Counted from the stretch's first letter, positions 19,922 through 31,375 are shown. The stretch is 64,000 bases of DNA from Planctomycetota bacterium (GCA_024280885.1 JAJRPF010000044.1:25622-89621); one strand, 5' to 3'. Program-made: numbers and translations. Notes: generated from the letters alone by a model not told the origin.

Positions 19922-21655
19922 TCAGCGCGTGAACTGGAACGGCTCGGAGAGCCGTCCGTCGGTGCGCCGGATGCGTAACTCCAGCGTGGTCCCGACCGCG
20001 ACACCCACGAGCGACGTGGAGACATCGACCTTCATGCGTCGTGGGTTGCGCGAGCGCACGAGGGAGTCGGCGAGCGGCTCGCCATCGACCTCGATCCGGC
20101 CGCCCCCGTTCAGGCGCTTCACGCTGAGCACGAGACGTCCCTTCTTGTCGATGCGTGCGCGCCGGATCTCCGGTGGTCGATCCGACGTGATCGCCTTCAA
20201 CCCGCGTCGGTGCGGAAGCGGCTGACCGAGAAACTCCATCAGATCGAGCACGTTGTCCGGGAAGCGCAACGACACCGCGACGAATGCGAGCGCCATCTCA
20301 TCAACCGTCTGCTCACCCCACGAGATCGCTTGCGGCGGCGAACTCGGATTGAACGGGTTGTCGGCGGAGTTGTCGAACACGCATGTCAGGCGAAGGGAAC
20401 TGCCGAACGGGGCGGGCACGGCCTCCTCGAATTGATATGTGCCTTGCCAGTTGAAATCCCAATCGTTGATCTCGACTAGGCGCTGCGTCGTGCCGTCGGC
20501 GAGATCGAGATCCACTGCGATCGCCTTACCCAGCAGATGCATATGCGGGAGAACAGCGTGGACCTGTGCCGCGACCTGTACCGGAAATCCAGTGGCTTCG
20601 GCGATGAGGGCGGAAGGGCCGAGTTCCGCCGTCACTTCGTACGCCGCGTCACCGGCCGGGATCGTGAAGTTGGTGTTGATTAACGGGAGCAGATAGACGT
20701 CCTCCGGCGCGGGGTCGTCCGTGAAGTAGAGCCCGAACTCCGTCTGCTCCGCGACGGGCTCGCCGGGGATTGGGTGGTAGTGCACCTGCATGATGACCGT
20801 GGCGCCCGCGGGGATACGGATGCCGAGACCTTCCGGCAAGCGACTCGGTCGATTGCCCGGCGCCCAACCGCCGAGAACGAGACCGGCGTTGCTGTTCAGG
20901 TCGAGGTTGTTGCTGTCAATCTCGTCGAGGCCGCGTAGCCCGGGGCCGCCGAAGCACGTGTACCCGGGACCGTCCTCGGCAGCGTCCAGGGCCTGCGCTT
21001 CGTCTGTCGTGTCGATGTAGAGCACGACGTGATGCACGATTCGCCGATCGCCCGGTTGGACGTCGATCGCCTGGACGAAGACGTCCTCGCCGAAGTCGGT
21101 CTTGATCGGGAAGCAGCGATAGATGTCGTCGCCCTCGCCGGGAACACGGAATGCCTCGCCATACGAGAGGACGGCGTCGGGAGTACCGAGCGTCCAACCC
21201 TGCGCGTACTCGGGCGGCTTGGCGTTCTTGCGCGGTCGCCCTTCGAGCGCGCCTTGCTCGGACCAGCGCGCGAGCGTGGCCCACTCGCGGTCCGTCAGTT
21301 CACGTTCACCGTGGAAGCGACCAACGCCGCGCGTCGGCTGCCACGGCGGCATGCGGCCCGCGCCGATCTCCTCAAGCGCGAGATCGATCCAATCGGCCGC
21401 ATCCTCATAGTTGTCGAGCGACATCGGAGCGATGTCGCCTTCGTGATGACACGTCGTGCAGCGCCTCTGCAGGACCTTTGCCACGTGCTTGTGATACGTG
21501 GGCTTCTTCGGGACGCCCTTCACGACGGGTACCGGTCGGGTTGCGTCGGGTGCACCGGGCGCTCCGTCGCCGTCGGCTAGACCGGTCAAGGCGGCGACGG
21601 CGATGAGCGTGAACGCACAGAGCGCGCCGGGTATTGCGATGGGCAGGCGAGTCAT
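19922..21655 (-). CDS. Exported heme c + copper type II ascorbate-dependent monooxygenase-like protein
   Basis: Signal peptide; CTTCH; RMPPW; HHVVL, QVHYH, PHMHLLG, EMA copper ligands; ATG overlaps the upstream stop. Confidence 0.85.
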   Translation of the reverse strand: MTRLPIAIPGALCAFTLIAVAALTGLADGDGAPGAPDATRPVPVVKGVPKKPTYHKHVAKVLQRRCTTCHHEGDIAPMSLDNYEDAADWIDLALEEIGAGRMPPWQPTRGVGRFHGERELTDREWATLARWSEQGALEGRPRKNAKPPEYAQGWTLGTPDAVLSYGEAFRVPGEGDDIYRCFPIKTDFGEDVFVQAIDVQPGDRRIVHHVVLYIDTTDEAQALDAAEDGPGYTCFGGPGLRGLDEIDSNNLDLNSNAGLVLGGWAPGNRPSRLPEGLGIRIPAGATVIMQVHYHPIPGEPVAEQTEFGLYFTDDPAPEDVYLLPLINTNFTIPAGDAAYEVTAELGPSALIAEATGFPVQVAAQVHAVLPHMHLLGKAIAVDLDLADGTTQRLVEINDWDFNWQGTYQFEEAVPAPFGSSLRLTCVFDNSADNPFNPSSPPQAISWGEQTVDEMALAFVAVSLRFPDNVLDLMEFLGQPLPHRRGLKAITSDRPPEIRRARIDKKGRLVLSVKRLNGGGRIEVDGEPLADSLVRSRNPRRMKVDVSTSLVGVAVGTTLELRIRRTDGRLSEPFQFTR

Positions 21656-23709
21656 TCGGGGGTCTCCGCGGCTGCGTCGCCGTCCCGAGAGAGGAAGCGC
21701 GCCAACCAATCGTGGAACTCACGATACCAGACGATCGAGTTGCGCGGCTTCAGCACCCAATGGTTCTCGTCGGGGAAGTGGACGAGGCGAGCTGGCACGC
21801 CCCTGTCGCGCAGGATCGAATAGCAGAGTAAGCCCTGCGTAACGGGCACGCGATAGTCGCGCTCGCCGTGCATGACGAGCATGGGGGTCTGCATCGTCTT
21901 GGCCTGGCGCAGCGGGTTCCAGCGGTCGAGGCCCTCGTGATCGTCCCACGGGCGCCCGCCGAGCGAGAGATGGCGACTCTGGATGACATCGCTCGCGAAC
22001 ATCCCCTGCGTGTCGAAGACTCCCGCGTGATTGATGGCGCAACGGAAGCGATCGGTTTGCGTCGTCACCCACGTCGCCAGATAGCCACCGTAGGAGCCGC
22101 CGGCGATGGCCATGCGGTCGGGGTCCGCTACGCCCGCGTCGATCATCACGTCGGTCGCCGCCATCACGTCGCCGTAGGGCCGATCGCCCCATGTGCCCTG
22201 GATACAGCGCGCGAATTCCTGTCCCCACGTCGTCGATCCTTGGAAGTTGGGCGTCGCGACGACGTAGCCGGGGGCCGCGAAGAGATGGCTGTTCCAGCGC
22301 GGGTGGAATGTGTCGCCACTCGTGCCGTGGGGGCCGCCGTGGACGACGTTGACGAACGGCAGGTTCGCGTGTGTGTCGGTCAGCGGCGGCAGCACTACGA
22401 ACATCTGGATCTCTGCGCCCTCGGCGCCTTCGAACGTCGTTTCGCGGACTTCTCCGAGCGCGACTCCGTCGAGGGCCTCGTCGGTGAACTGCGTCAACGG
22501 GCGTTCCGAACCGTCCGCATTCAGCAGGAAGACCTCGGTGGGTTGCGATGTGTGATTGCGCGAGAAGAGCACGCGGCCATTCGTCAGCGCTGTGACGCCC
22601 GAGATGGAGCCGTCGCCCGCGATCTGTGTCGGAACGTCGGCCTCGCCGAGTCGGAAGAGCTCGTTGCGCGCTGCGACTCCCGCAGTCAGAACGACGCTGC
22701 CGTCGTCGCCGAGATCCCAACTCCCCGGCGAATGCTCCCAATCCGCGAGGATGCTGATCTCCGTCTGCGACGCAAGGTCGTAGCGCATCAGGCGCGTCCG
22801 ATCTGCGTAGAAATCCGGGTCGTACGTCACGCCGTAGACGATGGAACGCCCGCACGTCGCGTAGCGCGGGTCCGACGCGTTGAACGCGTCCGTCGGCGCG
22901 ATGCGTGTGCATTCGCCGCTCGCGAGATCGAGTCGCGTCACCGAGCTCCGCAGCCGGTTCGCGTCGCCATCCCACCGGATCGATGCGTACGCGATCTCGG
23001 TCCCGTCTGGGTGGACGTCGAAACTCCCGGCCGGGTCCATCATCGAGAAGAGCTCTTCCGAGTCGGGCATCAGATCGCGCAATTCGCGCGTTGCGATGTC
23101 GACGTGGAAGAGATGCGGCGTCTCGCCGGGCGTCAGCCAGTGGTCCCAATAACGGAAGACGTTGTCCTCGGTGATATTCACCTTCACGGGATCGTCGGCG
23201 CGCCGGTCGCGCTCGGTCGTCGTCGCGGCGATCGTGAGATGTCCCTTGAGCAGCATTGCGCCGACGACGAGCGCGGCGCCGTCCGGCATCCACTGCACGT
23301 CGAATGCACCGAGCGGGAGGTCGGCGACCTGCTCCGCCTCGCCACCGTCGATCGGCATCACGAACACCTGATTGCGCGGCTTCTCTGCGTCGCCGGTCTT
23401 GCGCAGGAACGCAACGCGCTTGCCGTCGGGGGACACAGACGGTTGGCCACTTGACGACACAGTCGAGGTCAGCGCGCGCGGCGCCGCGCCGCCGTCTGTC
23501 AGATCGACCAGCCAGAGCCGCGTTGTGCCCTTGTTCGCGTCCATGTCGAAGGTCGTGACGGGCACGACGGCCTGACGCTCATCCGGCGTCGGCTCGGCCT
23601 TCCCCACACGTGGAATTGCCCAGAGATCGACGGACGTCAGCGCCCGGGTGCCCGCATGTGCAGGGTGAACCAGCTTCCAATCCGTGATCGATGTCGTGGT
23701 CGATGTCAT
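21652..23709 (-). CDS. S9 family peptidase (dipeptidyl/acylaminoacyl peptidase)
   Basis: Beta-propeller (PSVSPDGKRVAF); HGGPH; GGSYGGY; DYRV; ENHW catalytic triad motifs. Confidence 0.93.
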   Translation of the reverse strand: MTSTTTSITDWKLVHPAHAGTRALTSVDLWAIPRVGKAEPTPDERQAVVPVTTFDMDANKGTTRLWLVDLTDGGAAPRALTSTVSSSGQPSVSPDGKRVAFLRKTGDAEKPRNQVFVMPIDGGEAEQVADLPLGAFDVQWMPDGAALVVGAMLLKGHLTIAATTTERDRRADDPVKVNITEDNVFRYWDHWLTPGETPHLFHVDIATRELRDLMPDSEELFSMMDPAGSFDVHPDGTEIAYASIRWDGDANRLRSSVTRLDLASGECTRIAPTDAFNASDPRYATCGRSIVYGVTYDPDFYADRTRLMRYDLASQTEISILADWEHSPGSWDLGDDGSVVLTAGVAARNELFRLGEADVPTQIAGDGSISGVTALTNGRVLFSRNHTSQPTEVFLLNADGSERPLTQFTDEALDGVALGEVRETTFEGAEGAEIQMFVVLPPLTDTHANLPFVNVVHGGPHGTSGDTFHPRWNSHLFAAPGYVVATPNFQGSTTWGQEFARCIQGTWGDRPYGDVMAATDVMIDAGVADPDRMAIAGGSYGGYLATWVTTQTDRFRCAINHAGVFDTQGMFASDVIQSRHLSLGGRPWDDHEGLDRWNPLRQAKTMQTPMLVMHGERDYRVPVTQGLLCYSILRDRGVPARLVHFPDENHWVLKPRNSIVWYREFHDWLARFLSRDGDAAAETPE

Positions 23710-23817
23710 CGCATGCTCCGTGGTGGGCCGCGCAGTGTAGCGGGCGCCGCGCCGCAGAGAGATCCCTGATAACGGTCGCTCAACGCGTGCGTCTTGTTCT
23801 GTGACGACTCATCCCCC

Positions 23818-23921
23818 AGACCGGGTCTGCTTTTGCGCCTTTTCGGTCTGGCGGGGATATCGAAGCGAAAGTAGCGCTGGACTGAGGAGTCGGAGAAAAG
23901 GCGCGAAAGGAGACCCGGTCT
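23818..23921. repeat. 104-bp element with 26-bp terminal inverted repeats (MITE/REP-like)
   Basis: agaccgggtctgcttttgcgcctttt ... aaaaggcgcgaaaggagacccggtct. Confidence 0.8.
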
Positions 23922-23929
23922 GTCCGAGC

Positions 23930-24559
23930 GTGACTGTTGACGTATTGCCGTTGCCCGTGGATCGTCGGAGTGTGAATTTGCCGCCACCGGACGACGCTGG
24001 GCTCGATGCATCCACGGAGGTTTCCACGGATACGTCCGGAGAGACGCGCTGGGCGGTGGCCGCTCGCTCGGGGGATCGCTTCGCGTTCGCACGGCTGCAC
24101 GAGCGCTTTGCGGGGCTCGTGCACGGTGTGCTGCTCGCGCGGGCGCCGGCGCGGGATGCGGACGATCTTGTGCAGGATGTCTTCGCGACCGCGCTCGAGC
24201 GGATCGACAACTTGCGTGACCCCGCGCGCTTCGGGGCGTGGATCACGCAGATTGCCCGCAATCGGGCGACGGATCATCTGCGGCGCAGCAGTCATCGGAA
24301 GAGCGAGCCGTTGCCCGATGAGGATGCGCTGCGTTCCCGCGGTGTCAGCGCGGAGCAGCGGGCGGCGGCCGCCGAGGCGCTCGCGGCGATCCGGGCGTTG
24401 CCCGAAGCGTATCGCGAAACGTTGGTTCTGCGCCTGGTGGAAGGCATGAACGGTCCCGAGATCGCGGAGCGCACCGGACTGACGCCGGGGTCGGTCCGCG
24501 TCAATCTGCATCGGGGAATGCGCCTTCTGCGCAAGCGCCTCGGTCAGGAGGTGAAGTGA
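23930..24559 (+). CDS. ECF sigma factor (start uncertain)
   Basis: DDLVQDVFATAL, FGAWITQIARN, LTPGSVRVNLHRG. Confidence 0.9.
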   Translation: MTVDVLPLPVDRRSVNLPPPDDAGLDASTEVSTDTSGETRWAVAARSGDRFAFARLHERFAGLVHGVLLARAPARDADDLVQDVFATALERIDNLRDPARFGAWITQIARNRATDHLRRSSHRKSEPLPDEDALRSRGVSAEQRAAAAEALAAIRALPEAYRETLVLRLVEGMNGPEIAERTGLTPGSVRVNLHRGMRLLRKRLGQEVK

Positions 24560-25620
24560 TGAGCGACGACCGCCCCTCGAATGACGATCGTCCGAACGAT
24601 GATCGTCCCAATGACTATCGCGCCAACGACTACCTTTGGGACGGCTCTGGTGATGCGGACCCCGATGTCGTGCGCTTGGAGGAGTCGCTCTCCATGTTCC
24701 GGTATCGGCCGGAGGCGCGCGAGGCGGTGTCCCCGGACGTGCGCGGTCGTCTGCCTGCGTTCGAGCCGGTGCGGCGCGGGGGGACGCTGCGCGCTCTTGC
24801 TGCTGCGGCGCTCATGATCGTGTCGGTCGGAGCCGCGTGGACGGTGGGGCGGTCGGCGCGCGTCGGCGTTCCCGAGGGGCCGCGCGCCGGCTGGAGTGTC
24901 GCGGTTCTGAACGGCGCTCCGCATCTGGACGGTGGAGCGTTGACCGGCGACGGCGTACTCGTCGTCGGCGGTCGTCTCGTGACCGATGCGACGTCCACGG
25001 CACGGGTGCAGGTGGCCGACATTGGTCGTGTCGATGTCGCCCCCAACTCCAGCGTTCGTCTGTTGCGCACGGGTGCCGACGAGCACCGCTTGGCGCTCGA
25101 CCATGGGATGATCGCGGCGGTCGTCACGGCGCCCCCACGGCTCTTCCTCGTGGAGACCCCGGCGGCGCTCGCTGTCGATCTCGGCTGCGCGTACGAGTTG
25201 GAAGTCGATGCCGACGGCCGCGGTGAGTTGCGCGTCCTGACCGGTTGGGTCTCGTTGGAACGCGGTGGCGGCGAGTCCGAAGTCCCGGCGGGTGCCGTGT
25301 GCCGCATCGACCCAGAGTACGGTCCCGGGATACCTCGCTACGCGTTGTCGTCTGCGTCCTATGGCGCGTTGTTGGACGCGGTGGAGCGCGGGGATCGGTC
25401 GGTCGAGATCGTCGCGCGCATCCTCGCGAGTGCGCCGCCCGCCGACACGCTCTCGCTCTTCCATCTTCTCTTCCGCGTGGATGCGGCGCAGCGCCGCGCA
25501 GTCGTCGATGCCATCATCGCTCGCGAAGAGTTGCCCGAGGGCGTCGATGTGGATGCGTTGTCTCGTCTGGATCCCGAGGCGATCGGAGTGTGGCGTGAGG
25601 ATATTCGCTGGACCTGGTAG
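24556..25620 (+). CDS. FecR-domain anti-sigma factor
   Basis: Overlaps sigma stop; YLWDGSG motif, one TM helix, FecR-like VETPAALAVDLGCAY. Confidence 0.8.
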   Translation: MMSDDRPSNDDRPNDDRPNDYRANDYLWDGSGDADPDVVRLEESLSMFRYRPEAREAVSPDVRGRLPAFEPVRRGGTLRALAAAALMIVSVGAAWTVGRSARVGVPEGPRAGWSVAVLNGAPHLDGGALTGDGVLVVGGRLVTDATSTARVQVADIGRVDVAPNSSVRLLRTGADEHRLALDHGMIAAVVTAPPRLFLVETPAALAVDLGCAYELEVDADGRGELRVLTGWVSLERGGGESEVPAGAVCRIDPEYGPGIPRYALSSASYGALLDAVERGDRSVEIVARILASAPPADTLSLFHLLFRVDAAQRRAVVDAIIAREELPEGVDVDALSRLDPEAIGVWREDIRWTW

Positions 25621-25627
25621 AGCAGAC

Positions 25628-25650
25628 TCCGACAGACCGGGTCTGTCGGA
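25628..25650. terminator. Hairpin between convergent genes; minimal core of the 26-bp IR family
   Basis: tccgacagacc-g-ggtctgtcgga, 11-bp perfect stem. Confidence 0.6.
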
Positions 25651-25661
25651 GAAGCGCCTCA

Positions 25662-28600
25662 TCAGTGAAAGTCGCGACTCGGGCGACTCCGTGGTTGCCG
25701 ATCGATCGACGGTTGCCACAGGCTTTGCGCGACGAGATGCGTTACGCCTTGCTCGACCTGCAATTTGCCGGAGATGCCGAGGAAGTTGTTGCCGCGGGCG
25801 AGGGCGCTGAAGCGATCGAAGACCTGTTTCCAGATGACGACGTTCACGAAGCCGGTTTCGTCTTCCATCGTCATGAACGTGACTCCCGACGCAGTACCGG
25901 GGCGCTGGCGGCAGATGACGATGCCGGCGAAACGTACGCGACGGCCGTCGGGCCAGGTGGTCAGCGTGCGCGCGTCGGGGAGACCCTGGTCGGAGAGCAC
26001 GTCGCGCAACTCGGCGAGCGGATGGCCGCGGGTGCTGTGGCGCGCGGCGTCGTAATCCCAACTGATGGTCTCGAGCGCGTCGAGAGCGCGCAGGTTCGCG
26101 CTGCGTTCGCGGACCTCGATCGGTAGGTATGCGCGGTCTCCGGCGACGGGGGCACTACGCACCAATGCGCGCACTTCCCAGAGTGCGTCGCGACGGGTGT
26201 CCCCGAAGATCTCGAAGGCTCCCGCTTCGGCCAACGCGATGAGTGCGCGTTCGTTGACGGTCGTGCGCGCGACGAAATCAGCGAGTGACGTGAAGGACCG
26301 GAGAGCGCGTGCCGCGGTGATCTTCTCGCGTTCGCGCGAGCCGAGTTGCTTGACGTAGCGGAGTCCCATGCGGATGGCGAAGCCGCCAGTGCTGATCGGG
26401 TCCGGCGTGAGAGTGCAATCCCACGCGCTCGCGTTCACGCCGACGGGGAGGATCGTGACGCCGTGGCGCTTGGCGTCGTCCACAAGCGTGGCCGGTTCAT
26501 AGAAGCCCATCGGCTGCGCGTTCAGCAGTGTGCATGTGAACTCGGGCAGATAGTGCCGACGCAGCCAGGACGTTGCATACGAGATCAGCGCGAAGCTCGC
26601 GGCATGGCTCTCGGGGAAACCGTACTCGCCGAAGCCGCGAATCTGCTCGAAGACGCGTTCCGCGAAGCTCGGTTCGATACCCTTGGCCGTCATGCGTGTG
26701 AGGAGCCGATCGCGATGCTTCTCGATGCGCCCGGTCTTGCGCCACGCGGCCATGTCGCGCCGTAGTTGATCAGCCTCGCCCGGCGTGTAGTCGGCAGCGA
26801 CCACGGCGAGTCGCATCACCTGTTCCTGGAAGATGGGTACGCCGAGTGTCTTCTCCAGAACGGGGATCAGGCAGGCATGCGGATAGACCACCTCTTCCTC
26901 GCCGCGACGGCGGCGCAGGTACGGATGCACCATGCCGCCAGTGATGGGGCCCGGACGCACGATGCTGACCTCGATGACGAGATCGTAGAAGTTGCGCGGA
27001 CGCAGGCGCGGCAGCATCGCCATCTGGGCGCGGCTCTCGATCTGGAAGACGCCGACCGTGTCGCCGCGACAGATCATGTCGAAGGTCTCCGAGTCGTTCG
27101 CGGGGATTGTCGCCATTGAGAGTTCGCGCTTGCGCGTCTGCCGTAGCAGATCGAAGCAGAGATGCAGATGATGCAGCGCGCCGAGACCGAGAAGATCGAC
27201 CTTGAAGAGTCCGAGCGCCTCGACGTCTTCCTTGTCCCACTGGATGACGGTGCGGTTCGGCATCGTCGCGTTCTCAATCGGTACGAGATCATGGACCGGC
27301 GCATGGCCGAGCAGGAAGCCGCCGGGATGAATGGAGAGATGCCGCGGGAAGTCGAGGATCTCGTTCGCGAGGCGCAGCAGATGCGCATGTGCACCAGTGT
27401 TGCCAATGTTGTTCATCCCAGTGTCGTTTGTCCCCGCGCGTTCGAGGGCGCTCGTATCCACTCCTTCCCAGCGTGAGAGTTGGCGCGCAAGGCGGTCGAG
27501 TCCCGTCTCCGGCATCCCGAGCGCCTTGCCGACGTCGCGCACTGCCGAACGCGGCCGGTAGCGGATGAGATTGGCGACCATCGCGGCGTGGCTGCGGCCG
27601 TACTTCGCGTAGACGTGCTGGATCACCTCCTCGCGGCGCGCGTGCTCGATGTCGAGATCGATATCCGGCGGCTCGGCGCGCTCCATCGACAGGAAGCGCT
27701 CGAAGAGCAGACCCATGCGCACCGGATCGACGGCGGTGATCCCGAGGCAGTAGCAGACGGCGGAGTTGGCGGCCGAGCCGCGACCCTGGCAGAGGATGCT
27801 CTCGTCACGGCAGAAGCGGACGATCTCCCACATCGTCAAGAAGTAGCCCGGATAATCGAGCGCGTCGATGACGGTGAGTTCCTTGTCGAGTTGATTGCGC
27901 ACCTCGGTGGGCGCAGCACTGCCGTAGCGATCCACCGCGCCGCGGCGCACCAACTCGCGTAACCATTCCGACGACGTGCGGCCGTCGGGGAGGCGCTCGG
28001 ATGGGTAGCGGTAACGGATCTCGTCCATCGAGAACGTGCAGCGCGACGCGATCTCGAGGGTGCGTTCGAGGGCGGCGGGATCGTCACCAAAGAGCGCGTT
28101 CATCTCGGCGGGAGAGGGCAGATGATGTTCGGCGTTCTGACGCAGGAGTTGGCCGGCAGCCGAGAGCGTCACGCCGTGTCGGATGCACGTCAGGATGTCC
28201 TGCAGGTCGCGGCGAGAGCGCGCGTGGTAGAGCACCTCGGTGCCAGCGACGATGGGGGTGTCGAGTTGCGCCGCGAGTCGACGCAGCCGCGCTTCGCGAG
28301 CCGGCTCGTTGGCCTGCCGGTGACGGGTGACGAGAGCGTAGATCCGATCCCCGAAAGCATCCCGCAGGTTGGAATGCGGTGCTTTGGCTCCGTACATGGC
28401 GATGAGGCCTTCGGAGGCTGCGCAGACTTCCTCCCAGGTGACGCGGCTCGCGCCCTTCTCGGAGCGCAGACGGCCGGTCGTGATCAGTTTGCAGAGGCGC
28501 GCGTACGCAGGGCGGTCGGTGGCGAGCAGTGTGATGTCGCTGAGGTCGCCATCGTGTGGCCCGACGTTTACCTGCGAGCCGACGATCAGGTGCAGCCCGT

Positions 28601-28820
28601 GCTTCTTCGCGGCGACGTGCGCGCGCACGATCCCGTACACACCGTCGCGGTCGGTCACCGCAAGCGAGCGCAACCCAAGATGGCGCGCCTCTTCCACCAA
28701 CTCGTCCGGCGCGCTCGCGCCTTCCAGGAAGGAGAAGTGTGTCTTGCACCACAGCGGGACGTAGGTGCTCACGTCGTGACTTCCCGTCTCATTCGTGACG
28801 TCATTCGCCGCACTATTCAA
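25662..28820 (-). CDS. dnaE2: Error-prone DNA polymerase DnaE2/ImuC (alternative start GTG 28772)
   Basis: PHP domain ([10 protein letters not shown]), [28 protein letters not shown]; C-terminal SRDFH signature. Confidence 0.96.
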   Translation of the reverse strand: MNSAANDVTNETGSHDVSTYVPLWCKTHFSFLEGASAPDELVEEARHLGLRSLAVTDRDGVYGIVRAHVAAKKHGLHLIVGSQVNVGPHDGDLSDITLLATDRPAYARLCKLITTGRLRSEKGASRVTWEEVCAASEGLIAMYGAKAPHSNLRDAFGDRIYALVTRHRQANEPAREARLRRLAAQLDTPIVAGTEVLYHARSRRDLQDILTCIRHGVTLSAAGQLLRQNAEHHLPSPAEMNALFGDDPAALERTLEIASRCTFSMDEIRYRYPSERLPDGRTSSEWLRELVRRGAVDRYGSAAPTEVRNQLDKELTVIDALDYPGYFLTMWEIVRFCRDESILCQGRGSAANSAVCYCLGITAVDPVRMGLLFERFLSMERAEPPDIDLDIEHARREEVIQHVYAKYGRSHAAMVANLIRYRPRSAVRDVGKALGMPETGLDRLARQLSRWEGVDTSALERAGTNDTGMNNIGNTGAHAHLLRLANEILDFPRHLSIHPGGFLLGHAPVHDLVPIENATMPNRTVIQWDKEDVEALGLFKVDLLGLGALHHLHLCFDLLRQTRKRELSMATIPANDSETFDMICRGDTVGVFQIESRAQMAMLPRLRPRNFYDLVIEVSIVRPGPITGGMVHPYLRRRRGEEEVVYPHACLIPVLEKTLGVPIFQEQVMRLAVVAADYTPGEADQLRRDMAAWRKTGRIEKHRDRLLTRMTAKGIEPSFAERVFEQIRGFGEYGFPESHAASFALISYATSWLRRHYLPEFTCTLLNAQPMGFYEPATLVDDAKRHGVTILPVGVNASAWDCTLTPDPISTGGFAIRMGLRYVKQLGSREREKITAARALRSFTSLADFVARTTVNERALIALAEAGAFEIFGDTRRDALWEVRALVRSAPVAGDRAYLPIEVRERSANLRALDALETISWDYDAARHSTRGHPLAELRDVLSDQGLPDARTLTTWPDGRRVRFAGIVICRQRPGTASGVTFMTMEDETGFVNVVIWKQVFDRFSALARGNNFLGISGKLQVEQGVTHLVAQSLWQPSIDRQPRSRPSRDFH

Positions 28821-30444
28821 GCGTTCCGTGCAGGTACCAGCGGCGCCGCCGCCGGTCGTGGAAGACCCAGAAGAGGTCGCCGCGCGCGGTCTCTGCGAAG
28901 TGGTACTCGCGGTGAATTCCCGCTTGCACGCCGCCGTACTCGCCGGGTGGCGTTCCCCACCATGCGCCCGCGAGCACGTAGGGCCCGACGGAACGTCGCA
29001 CCGGGCCGCGTTCCATCCCCGCGAGCAACCATCCGTCGGGTTCGTGGCGGGGGCGAGGCGGGAGGATTGCGGGGCGGGTGAGGATGCGTCGGATGAGGGA
29101 GAGTGGGCCGTTGGCGGCGCGCATCCGCGGGTCGGGGAAGTGCACCTTCTCGACGGGAGTGAGGGCGAACGATGCCTCGGGGAGATGGCCGCCAGCGAGT
29201 CGCGCTTGTACCACGGAATAAGGACCGAGTTGCGCGCGGACGCGGGCGAGTGCGCGGGCGGCGGCCTTCAGATCGCGGCGCGGATTCTCGCGGAAGAGGC
29301 GCAGTTGTTCGGGACGCGCATAGACGCCGCGCGCGGTCAGGATCGCCTCCTCGACGCCACGCCCGAGACCGCGGTGCATGACCATCGCTTCGAGGCGCAG
29401 ACGCAGCAGCTCGAGGGCCTGCGCCGCGTCGAGCGTCGGGGCGGCGGGGCGCGCCTCCATCAGCCGCGGGGGACCGTCCTCCATCGAGAGCCGCAAGTGC
29501 AGCGAGACGAGCGCTTCGCGGCGCGCGGCGATCTCGGCGAGAAGGGGTGGCACCGCTTCTTCGATTGCGTAGAGCAAGCGATCGGTCTTCGTCTCCGGCA
29601 TCTCGAAGTGGATGCGGCGCACCGGCGGCTCGGTGGGTGGCCGGGCGGCAAGTGGCCGGATGAGCTCCCCCGACGCGGTGCGATGCAGGGCTTCGGCTTT
29701 CTTCCCGAAACGCGTCGCGACGCCTTCGGCCGGCAGTCGCAGGAATTCGTCCACGTTGCGGACGCCGAGTCGCCGAAGAGCGTCATGCAGTTTCGGCGCG
29801 ATGTCGAGTCGCGCGAGGGGCACGCGCCCCACCAGTCGACGCTCCTCTTCCTCGTCGACGACCAGATGCGCGCCGCCGCGTGATGCGCGCGCAAGCGCGT
29901 AGGTGCCGAAGCGTCCGAAGCCGCAGACCACGCTGCCCTGGAGATCCTCGGCGACGAGTGCCGTGTGGAGCCGTTCCGCCCATTCGAGGAGCGACGGATG
30001 CAGCCGCACGAGCCCGCCCGCGTCGATCCAGAAGACGCCCGGTTCGTGGTGAGCGGGTTCGACGGCGGGGGAGAAATTGTCGAGCAGGCGCGCCACCTCG
30101 TCCACTCCCGCAGCGATCTCCTCGGGCGATACTTCGGCCGCCGCGAGCCCCGGACAGATCCCCAATGCCGCGGCGTAGCGTTGCCCGGGCAGGACACGGC
30201 TTTGGCGCCCTTCCTCGTTGACCCACAGGATGCGTCCCTGCGGGTGATCGCGGTCCACCACCGCCGCCGGGCCCGCGCTGAACTCCGGCTGCCGTCGGAG
30301 AAGCAACTGGAGCGGAAACGCTGGCAGATCAACGCACGCCAACCGCTCCCGGGGGCCGTCGAGCCGCCGTTTCTGAGTGGGTCGTTTGCCCTCGTCCTGT
30401 TCCCTGTCCGTCCGCACTGTCCGTCCGCCTCCTTCTGCAGACAT
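28813..30444 (-). CDS. imuB: ImuB, Y-family polymerase-like mutasome accessory protein
   Basis: [14 protein letters not shown]-terminus; FSPAVE; C-terminal WW...REY...LFWVF motif; directly upstream of dnaE2. Confidence 0.9.
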   Translation of the reverse strand: MSAEGGGRTVRTDREQDEGKRPTQKRRLDGPRERLACVDLPAFPLQLLLRRQPEFSAGPAAVVDRDHPQGRILWVNEEGRQSRVLPGQRYAAALGICPGLAAAEVSPEEIAAGVDEVARLLDNFSPAVEPAHHEPGVFWIDAGGLVRLHPSLLEWAERLHTALVAEDLQGSVVCGFGRFGTYALARASRGGAHLVVDEEEERRLVGRVPLARLDIAPKLHDALRRLGVRNVDEFLRLPAEGVATRFGKKAEALHRTASGELIRPLAARPPTEPPVRRIHFEMPETKTDRLLYAIEEAVPPLLAEIAARREALVSLHLRLSMEDGPPRLMEARPAAPTLDAAQALELLRLRLEAMVMHRGLGRGVEEAILTARGVYARPEQLRLFRENPRRDLKAAARALARVRAQLGPYSVVQARLAGGHLPEASFALTPVEKVHFPDPRMRAANGPLSLIRRILTRPAILPPRPRHEPDGWLLAGMERGPVRRSVGPYVLAGAWWGTPPGEYGGVQAGIHREYHFAETARGDLFWVFHDRRRRRWYLHGTLE

Positions 30445-30453
30445 ATGTCTGTA
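30436..30453. promoter_or_regulatory. Candidate LexA (SOS) box overlapping the imuB start codon
   Basis: TGCAGAC-ATAT-GTCTGTA palindrome; matches the site upstream of lexA. Confidence 0.7.
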
Positions 30454-30481
30454 TAGCATGGCAGGGACACGATACGAACTC

Positions 30482-30722
30482 AGAGGGTGTTCCCATAAAC
30501 AGTGGGAGCGCCAGCTTGCTCGTGGAGCCTGTCAGCAAGGCGCGGTCGCGAACGCGACTCCTGACGGAGTCATCGAGCGTCCGCAACGCAGCTGACAGGT
30601 TCCACGGGCAAGCCGCTTGCGGGCGCGCGATGTGCGCCGCGAGACTGGGGCACAGGCCGTCGAGGCCGTCCGAGCGCACATCGTGTGACTGGCGCCCCAT
30701 TGTTTATGGGAACACTCTCTTA
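30482..30722. repeat. ERIC/MITE-like element between vapC and imuB
   Basis: Terminal IR 30482-30514 / 30689-30720; inner hairpin 30515-30536 / 30591-30612 with aaggcgc..cgcgactc..gagtc..caacgcag core shared with 14096-14267. Confidence 0.75.
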
Positions 30723-31124
30723 GGCGGGGAGGAGCGTGATGGGGACGTCGAGGCCCGGCGCGGCGGCCATCCGGCGGTCTTTTGTCAGGACCCGTCCACC
30801 GACGCGGGCGGCCAGTGCGACGTAGAGCGCGTCGTAGAGGGAGAGATTGCCGCGGCGCTTCCATGCTCCGTTCAGGAGGAGGCAATGGGGGATGCGTTTG
30901 ATCTGGACGAGCGCGAGCATGCGGACCAGGTTTCGAGCCTCCACTCGAGTGAGTTCTCCGTGACGTTCGCAGCGAGCCAACGCGGATAGCACCTCTGCGT
31001 CGATCAACTCGGGCGCGCACACGTATCTGGACTCGAGAGCGCGACGTACTTCCTCCGCGCCGTCCTCGCGGAGCAGCATGGCGACGAGGGCCGAGGCGTC
31101 GATGACTGTGATGCCTGGCCTCAT
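30720..31124 (-). CDS. vapC: PIN-domain toxin (VapC/FitB family)
   Basis: VIDASALV, DAEVLSAL, SLYDALYVALA, LTKD acidic PIN residues. Confidence 0.9.
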   Translation of the reverse strand: MRPGITVIDASALVAMLLREDGAEEVRRALESRYVCAPELIDAEVLSALARCERHGELTRVEARNLVRMLALVQIKRIPHCLLLNGAWKRRGNLSLYDALYVALAARVGGRVLTKDRRMAAAPGLDVPITLLPA

Positions 31125-31375
31125 GGCATCCTCTCTTCCAACTCTGCTTCGCGCTCACGACGCACCGCAGCAATCATCTCGGCGGCCGATTCGGTCGTCT
31201 TGGTGGGGCCGAGCCGGTCGAGTTCCTCGAGCCACTCTTGGACCGTGGGGAGAGCCACTTCCCGCTCCAGCAGGCCGAGCACGTAGTCGCGGAGGCTGAG
31301 ACCGTCCAACTCTGCGCGCAACCGCAACTCGGCGTGCAGCCTTTGGGGGACATTCTTGATCTGGAGGTTGCTCAT
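31121..31375 (-). CDS. FitA-like ribbon-helix-helix antitoxin
   Basis: MSNLQIKNVPQRLHAELRLRAELDGLSLRDYV; ATGA overlap with the PIN gene. Confidence 0.85.
   Translation of the reverse strand: MSNLQIKNVPQRLHAELRLRAELDGLSLRDYVLGLLEREVALPTVQEWLEELDRLGPTKTTESAAEMIAAVRREREAELEERMP

Noticed and set aside
25628-25650. ACAGAC-cgg-GTCTGT as a third SOS box
   Set aside because: Spacer is 3 nt rather than 4, it lies between convergent 3' ends, and it matches the dispersed repeat core; the shared half-site is noted as a caveat only
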